IMG/VR virus record: IMGVR_UViG_3300030376_003962
Length of the DNA stretch: 31,944 nt
Origin: an uncultured virus (IMG/VR IMGVR_UViG_3300030376_003962)
Lineage: Duplodnaviria; Heunggongvirae; Uroviricota; Caudoviricetes
Strand: one strand, 5' to 3'
Made by a program: the position numbers and the translations under genes. Of the stretch, positions 28,101-31,944 are shown one piece after another. Numbering within the stretch: the stretch's first letter is position 1; each line of letters begins with the position of its first letter. The notes beneath the pieces are model-generated. The model was given only the letters and a program-made list of their open reading frames with translations. It had not been told where the DNA came from and ran no database searches.

Positions 28101-28200
28101 CCAAGTGTTCGTGGCTAATGCAGCAGACGAGGGCATTGACTGTTTCTATCTGATTCATGGTGAGAGAAAGGATGTTGGAAAGATGGAGGTTGAATACTGA
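22102..28200 (+). CDS. Long mosaic tail fibre protein 1 (2,032 aa)
   Basis: T/S/G/A/N-rich with 10-residue 'AVTTAKIA' repeats, several duplicated modules, 'RVGIGTSTP..KLQV', and a C-terminal 'KSFVIPHP...LEGPEHGVYHRG' domain. Confidence 0.85.
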   Translation: MSTNPGIISTLATNPSGTQLTDNTDNIHSGIIKALHAATGENRGISGFGLTQGTTSGRTHFQVASGKVLRDGKLVDISGTTLTTTTDTISANANDWYGLIVVNSSNALAWRHGTVTGKATTGAATVAELATGDIPLIVVKVDNAEANNYATRLHQFVFYEQATRQFSAINSGSETMRINNDGTLTKGSATITLPSSTGTLALTSELTSLDDSNLADNAVTTAKINNGAVSEVKLATNAVTTTKIANNNVTTDKIASDAVTYDKIQDIGTANRVLGKASTGTVEEVQVTSAMIADGTIATADVANDAITYAKMQNVSATNRILGRDSSGAGNVEEITPANLVTMLGIEAGADVTDTDNVTTALDSVSLGDFSLGDTNDNISVGNLTVGGNLTISGSTTTVNSNTVNIGDSIITLNSDETGTPSQDAGIEVERGNQTNKTLVWDESAGRWTVGSETFVAGTFIGNVTGTVSSATALANERDFQLSGDVTSPSVSFDGSGNVTLSTSIGANTVGATEIQDASVGTTQLANLSVTTGKIVDSSVITDKLANDAVTSAKIDDDAVLTAHIADDQITADHMANNAVGTDVIVDSAVTNDKLAGSIAQSKITSLVSDLAGKQATLTFGSGLSNSGATINVDITELSTENGIHKTNDFLMYNDTGSGLKKINLSNVFAQLAASDIPNLAASKTTSGTFADARIPNLAASKITSGTFATARIADDAVTFDKIQNVDSGVLIGRTSSNTGSVETLSASVARSLLQVDVSGTDNSTNVTLTGSRNYLTLNGQQITVGEIDISDDTNLVAGSRISLSGDTLNVDGDLANYDNSNSGFLTSHPTISGAASSVDNSGSRTYIQSVTLDSNGHVTNLTSATETVTDTQYTVGDGGLSQNNFTDALKSKLQGISASANNYSLPVAESDVLGGVKVGSNLTINGQGVLSADTQSDVNFTSALNTKLAGIETGATAGANFATNVSNISVTNAQLAGSIANNKLTNSSVTVNGSTVALGGSITLTTANVAEGANLYYTDERVDDRVNALFTDAEGITSVYDDINGTLTVSVEDATSSNKGIASFATADFDVSSGAVTVKSGGISNAQLAGSIANSKLLDISQSKVTGLVSALSGKVGSLSDLNITASSSEINILDGVTGVSAAEINYLDGVTSAIQTQLNAKQAAGNYLTTSATIADLAGITALDSDITAVSSNHDTIPSALAVKTYVDAISFEATDTQYVFTVEDVNSTNIQELKMTGTDGTFSSIFFEGSGNITVSRIDNRITIDSSAKPASSLAFSEGTLTLTKVDNTTISATIPDATTSAHGLMTDDQFDKLAGIETSANNYSISSDLLDENDMVSNSATKVASQQSIKAYVDAEVADLINSAPLTLNTLGELATALQDNDSDITTITTALGNRLRIDGSQFLNSTQQAQGLTNLGITASLAEINILDGGLSASDIPTLNASKITAGTLGTARIPTLNASKITAGTFNDNRIAESNVTQHQAALSITESQISDLGALPKSGGTMTGDITFNSGQQFDGRDLSVDGAKLDGIEALANVTDATNVAAAGAIMDGDFTSNGFMKRTGAGTYAIDASTYLTAHPTISGAASDTSNTGRTYIQNLEFDSNGHVTSVSTATETVVNTDTQLTQAQVRDFAGGMFTGNTETFITATYQTSDDTIDLVVPVLNENNLNSNSATHLATQQSIKAYVDTEISDLVNNAPSTLDTLKEIADVLGDDTQIAGTIIDALGNRVRTDTASQGLNSTAKANARANIGVDVAGTDNSTDVTLASVSNNYLSISGQAITAGTVPLSLGGTGATSASAARSALGVDAAGTDNSTNVTLTGSGNYLSISGQAITVDPIDISDDTNLTAGTGLTLSGDTLNVNAAQSGITSVGTLSSLTVSGDVTVDTNTFKIDTTNNRVGIGTSTPGYKLQVEGSFAAQTKSFVIPHPTQEGKTLQHGSLEGPEHGVYHRGRLEGSVIQLPEYWTELVDENTISVQLTANGDFQMLYVEKIEDNQVFVANAADEGIDCFYLIHGERKDVGKMEVEY
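22741..23913 (+). repeat. Two arrays of 10-aa repeats (consensus about [D/N]xAVTxxKIA) in fibre 1
   Basis: LADNAVTTAK-INNGAVSEVK-LATNAVTTTK-IANNNVTTDK-IASDAVTYDK (about 22741-22893) and about 9 further units at about 23620-23913. Degenerate at DNA level. Confidence 0.8.
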
Positions 28201-31200
28201 TGGGTAACTCGGACAAGGACATTCTAATTACGCCAAACAAAGGACAGAGTGCAAAACCAAAGATAGAGGTAACTGGTTTTGACAATACAACTAAGGCAAT
28301 AGAAGTCAACAATGATGGTTCTCTGACATTCAATGCGAAGATTGCAGCAACATCAGGTTCTATTGCTGATGGCAATGCTAACTTAGTTACTGGCGATGCA
28401 GTATACGACTACATAGCAGCACAGGGTTTCACTACGGAAGTTGGAGACATAACTTCTGTTACCGCAGGAACTGGTCTTTCAGGTGGTGGAACATCAGGAG
28501 CAGTCACTCTAACAAACGCAGGTGTTACTTCTATTGTCGCTGGAAGCAATATCTCGATTGATAGTTCAACAGGTGCAGTGACCATCACAGGGACTGATAC
28601 TAACACACAGTTGAGTAATTCACAAGTAGAAACTGCATACAACAGTCAGGTTTCGGCAGTAACTTCACAAGAGAGAACAGATGGAACTGTGACGGCTGTT
28701 AGAAGATTCACCCCTGCTGATATTCATAGTATGATTGATACTCACCAAACGGATACTGTCTACTCTCATCCAACTCATGATGGAGATGACATAAACATCG
28801 ATACAGGGGCATTAACAGGTGCAACGGTCATATCAGACTTGGACTTCAATGTGACTACTGACACACTAGGACATGTCACAGACGCAAACGCTTCGGTTTC
28901 CACTAGGACACTAACACTAGCGAACTTAGGTTTCACAGGAGACTCAGACGCTACCGATGACCAAACTGCCTCTGAGATAACTGCTCTACTAAATGATGTT
29001 GCTAGTTATTCACTTGGAACATCCAGCAGTGGAACTATCACTGTGAACAATGACCTGACTGTAGCAGGAAGTTTGACTGTAACGGGAACAACTACTACGT
29101 TAGACACAACCAACCTAAATGTCGAGGATAAGAACGTAACTTTGAACTATCACGCTACTGGCGATACTTCCGGCAGCGCAGACGGGGCTGGCATAACCAT
29201 ACAAGACGCTGTTAATGCCTCGACGAATGCCACGATACTTTGGGATGCTTCAAATGACAAGTTTGACTTTTCTCATAAGGTAAATGTAGCGGGACAAATT
29301 ACTGCTTCAGGTAATGTCGGTATAGGAACTACAACCCCATCAAGAAATTTACACGTTGCCAGTCTTGGTTCAACCACAGGTTCGGAAGACCCCTCTATAT
29401 TATTACACGCTACAGGAACAGGGTCATCTGATGATACCATATTCAGAAATTTGATAGATGGCACAACTGCCAACAACTACATCTATTTTGGTGATAATGA
29501 CGACCAAGACGTAGGTAGGATAAGATATAACCATAGTAGTAATTTTATGCAATTCAGAGTCAATGCCATTGACAATGCGTTGATGATTACCAATGATGGT
29601 GATATAGGCATGGGAACTTCATCCCCGAAAGGTAATCTTCATGTTGTAGGCAGGACAAGTGATGCTGCTAGGATATATCTGAGTGATGCTGATAACGGCA
29701 CAGGAGCCGGAGATGCTCTTCTCATAACCAAGTCAGGAACAAACTCATTCATATACAACAGAGATGATGGTAGCCTCGGTCTAGGAAGTAATGACAATTC
29801 CAATTATGTCACCATTCAATCTAATGGTAAAGTTGGAATAGGCACTACGAGTCCTGATAGGTTACTTGAGATTACAGAACAAGGCACAGGTGCGGCATAT
29901 CTACGACTATCAAGCACGAACACATCCTATCCGAGTGATACTATCTTCGGCGGCATTGAGTTCTACAATGCAGATGCATCAGGTGCTGGTGTTGGTGCTA
30001 CGATAGATGCCCTGTCGAATGGTTCGGGTCGTGGTGGCTACTTACAATTCAGAACAGACCCTGATGGCAGTGGTTCTCCATCAGTCAGAATGACGATTGA
30101 TGAGGATGGTAGAGTCGGAATAGGCACTACGAGCCCGACTAGTGATTTGCATGTCACAACATCGGGAACATCTACAACACTTCTCTTGGAATCTACTGAT
30201 GCAGGTGCAGCAGATGCACCCATCTTGGAGTTATACAGAAACTCAGCCTCACCAGCAAACACAGATGACTTAGGGCAGATTCTATGGTCGGGCGAGAAAT
30301 CAGACGGAAGCAAGTATAGCATAACAAAGATGTATGGTCAGATAAACACAGTCGATAACAGCGACAGACTGATGATTAACATCGCTTCCAGTGGCGGTTC
30401 AGGTCTGAATAACTACGAGTATATGAGATTCGATGGTGGGGTCAGAGATGTAATCATCAACGAGGACGGACGAGACATCGACTTCCGCATTGAGGGAGAT
30501 TCGGATTCTTCGCTTTTCTTCACGGATGCGTCCAGTGACCGGATAGGAATAGGCACTACAAGCCCCAATCAAAAATTGACACTTGAAGGCACGATGAGCC
30601 TGAAGGAGCAGGCAAGTGCCAATGCAGACACAGCGGCATATGGTCAGTTGTGGGTCAAGAGCGACAGTCCCAACAATCTGTATTTCACAAACGATGCTGG
30701 TAATGATGTTCAGATTACAGACGGCTCATCGATTGCAGGTGGTGGTGGTTCAGTTGGTGGTAGTGATACTGAATTATTGTATAATGACGGTGGAACTGAA
30801 AATGGCATAGCATCTTTGACTTGGACTGATACATCAGGTTCAGAACAATTGAAACTTACAGATGAGAGCGACACTGCTCTCTTCAAGATTGAACAGACAG
30901 GAACTGGGAACGTCTTTGAAGCCCATGACCAAGCATCTGATTCTAATATATTCAAAATAGATAATGCTGGAAAGACAGTGATAGGAGCAACTTCCACAAG
31001 CACAACACACGCCGCTTTCTTCCTATATGTTAATGGTGACACAAGACTATCGAGATTGAGAGTCGGCACAGGCAGCAATTCAGAACCGGGAGTACACTTT
31101 GAGGGTGACAGCGATACTGGCATTAGAAGAACAGCAGCAAACCAACTAGGTTTCATCACCGGAGGTAGTGAGAGACTCAGTGTAGGTTCAGCGGGTGAGA

Positions 31201-31944
31201 TTCTCATTGGTGGCTCTGCTGCTGGTACTAGCGGTCAGGTATTGACTTCAGGTGGTTCCGGTGCAGCAGTAACATGGGAGGATGCAGGAGGGAGTGATAT
31301 TGATGTCAACGTCAGCAACCTAACTGCTAGATTACCGCAAATCACTGAGAGTGTCACGATAGGTGATGCGACAGATGTGACTGTCACCACTTCAGGTGAT
31401 TTGACCGTGACTGGTGACTTGAACGTATCAGAAATAGTAGACACTACAGGCACTGGTCATCTGAAACTACGAGCAGGTGGTAGTAGCGTCAACATCCTAG
31501 ACGGTGGGGTAGCAAATCACATCAATATCACTCCTGCTAGTGGTCGTTTGAATGTATTTGGAGAGACACTCGCAATTGGTGAGGCAGATTCAACAATAAC
31601 AACCGGAGGAACATATGACTTGACTCTAGATACAAACGGAGGAACAAACTCCGGTTCGATAAAGATACTAGATGGTGCAAATGGAAACATAGAGTTGGAT
31701 AACAATGGTTCGGGACAAGTGGTATTCAAGGGTAATTCAACGAAGGGTTCCGGTCAATTAGTGCTTAACTGCGAGCAGAACTCTCATGGTATAACCATCA
31801 AAGGGCCACCACATTCTGCGGGAGCATCATACACGTTGACATTACCTGATGATGTTGGCTCTTCTAACCAAGTCCTAAAGACGGATGGCTCAGGTAATCT
31901 CAGTTGGGTTGACCAAAGTTCCGGTGGTTCTCCTGCTGATTCTG
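28200..31944 (+). CDS. Long mosaic tail fibre protein 2, 3'-truncated (at least 1,248 aa; not in ORF track)
   Basis: ATG overlaps the TGA of fibre 1. Begins MGNSDKDILITPNKGQ, contains five G(N/D/K/R)(V/I)GIGTTSP-type units, and is still in frame at the window end (...TLTLPDDVGSSNQVLKTDGSGNLSWVDQSSGGSPADS). Confidence 0.85.
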   Translation, partial: MGNSDKDILITPNKGQSAKPKIEVTGFDNTTKAIEVNNDGSLTFNAKIAATSGSIADGNANLVTGDAVYDYIAAQGFTTEVGDITSVTAGTGLSGGGTSGAVTLTNAGVTSIVAGSNISIDSSTGAVTITGTDTNTQLSNSQVETAYNSQVSAVTSQERTDGTVTAVRRFTPADIHSMIDTHQTDTVYSHPTHDGDDINIDTGALTGATVISDLDFNVTTDTLGHVTDANASVSTRTLTLANLGFTGDSDATDDQTASEITALLNDVASYSLGTSSSGTITVNNDLTVAGSLTVTGTTTTLDTTNLNVEDKNVTLNYHATGDTSGSADGAGITIQDAVNASTNATILWDASNDKFDFSHKVNVAGQITASGNVGIGTTTPSRNLHVASLGSTTGSEDPSILLHATGTGSSDDTIFRNLIDGTTANNYIYFGDNDDQDVGRIRYNHSSNFMQFRVNAIDNALMITNDGDIGMGTSSPKGNLHVVGRTSDAARIYLSDADNGTGAGDALLITKSGTNSFIYNRDDGSLGLGSNDNSNYVTIQSNGKVGIGTTSPDRLLEITEQGTGAAYLRLSSTNTSYPSDTIFGGIEFYNADASGAGVGATIDALSNGSGRGGYLQFRTDPDGSGSPSVRMTIDEDGRVGIGTTSPTSDLHVTTSGTSTTLLLESTDAGAADAPILELYRNSASPANTDDLGQILWSGEKSDGSKYSITKMYGQINTVDNSDRLMINIASSGGSGLNNYEYMRFDGGVRDVIINEDGRDIDFRIEGDSDSSLFFTDASSDRIGIGTTSPNQKLTLEGTMSLKEQASANADTAAYGQLWVKSDSPNNLYFTNDAGNDVQITDGSSIAGGGGSVGGSDTELLYNDGGTENGIASLTWTDTSGSEQLKLTDESDTALFKIEQTGTGNVFEAHDQASDSNIFKIDNAGKTVIGATSTSTTHAAFFLYVNGDTRLSRLRVGTGSNSEPGVHFEGDSDTGIRRTAANQLGFITGGSERLSVGSAGEILIGGSAAGTSGQVLTSGGSGAAVTWEDAGGSDIDVNVSNLTARLPQITESVTIGDATDVTVTTSGDLTVTGDLNVSEIVDTTGTGHLKLRAGGSSVNILDGGVANHINITPASGRLNVFGETLAIGEADSTITTGGTYDLTLDTNGGTNSGSIKILDGANGNIELDNNGSGQVVFKGNSTKGSGQLVLNCEQNSHGITIKGPPHSAGASYTLTLPDDVGSSNQVLKTDGSGNLSWVDQSSGGSPADS
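29835..30560 (+). repeat. Dispersed direct repeat GGAATAGGCACTAC(G/A)AG at fibre module boundaries
   Basis: Identical 17-mer at 29835-29851 and 30117-30133, with a near-identical copy starting at 30546. It encodes GIGTTS. Confidence 0.75.

Noticed and set aside
29835..30560. 17-nt direct repeats as a CRISPR or mini-array
   Set aside because: The repeats are too short, spacing is hundreds of nt and irregular, and they are in-frame coding for GIGTTS.
1..31944. tRNA/rRNA genes, integrase, transposase, introns or inteins
   Set aside because: Intergenic gaps are under about 90 nt with no cloverleaf seen, and I recognised no recombinase, homing endonuclease or intein motifs. A tRNAscan/HMM run would be needed to exclude them formally.

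Overview
The window is a gene-dense, entirely plus-strand virion morphogenesis region of a head-tailed (Caudoviricetes) virus, most likely infecting an archaeon. The archaeal call rests on an MCP resembling haloarchaeal tailed-virus MCPs and recurrent GAGGTGA(T) ribosome-binding sites. The moderate GC and non-acidic proteins point to a marine Poseidoniales 'magrovirus'-like virus rather than a halovirus; this is inference, with no search run. Gene order: major capsid protein (5'-truncated), probable decoration protein, SAP-domain protein, small beta protein, a five-gene insert, a 532-aa unknown, head-tail adaptor, neck proteins, tail tube, tail assembly chaperone, tape measure protein, Dit-like protein, LamG protein, a 2,348-aa hub/Tal-like protein, a small baseplate protein and two very long mosaic fibres. 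The chaperone carries a G-GGA-AAC -1 frameshift into an ORF missing from the ORF track, and the second fibre (28200 to the end) is also missing from the track. No sheath gene is seen, so the tail is probably non-contractile. The most striking element is the insert at 2427-5242. It encodes two small membrane proteins, an intact Arf/Sar-like small GTPase, a zinc-finger protein with an ArfGAP-like pattern, and a Q/M/N-rich protein with a WW-like motif and an amphipathic C-terminus. It is a candidate virus-encoded, GTPase-controlled membrane-remodelling or egress system. All protein identities are from motif recognition by eye.
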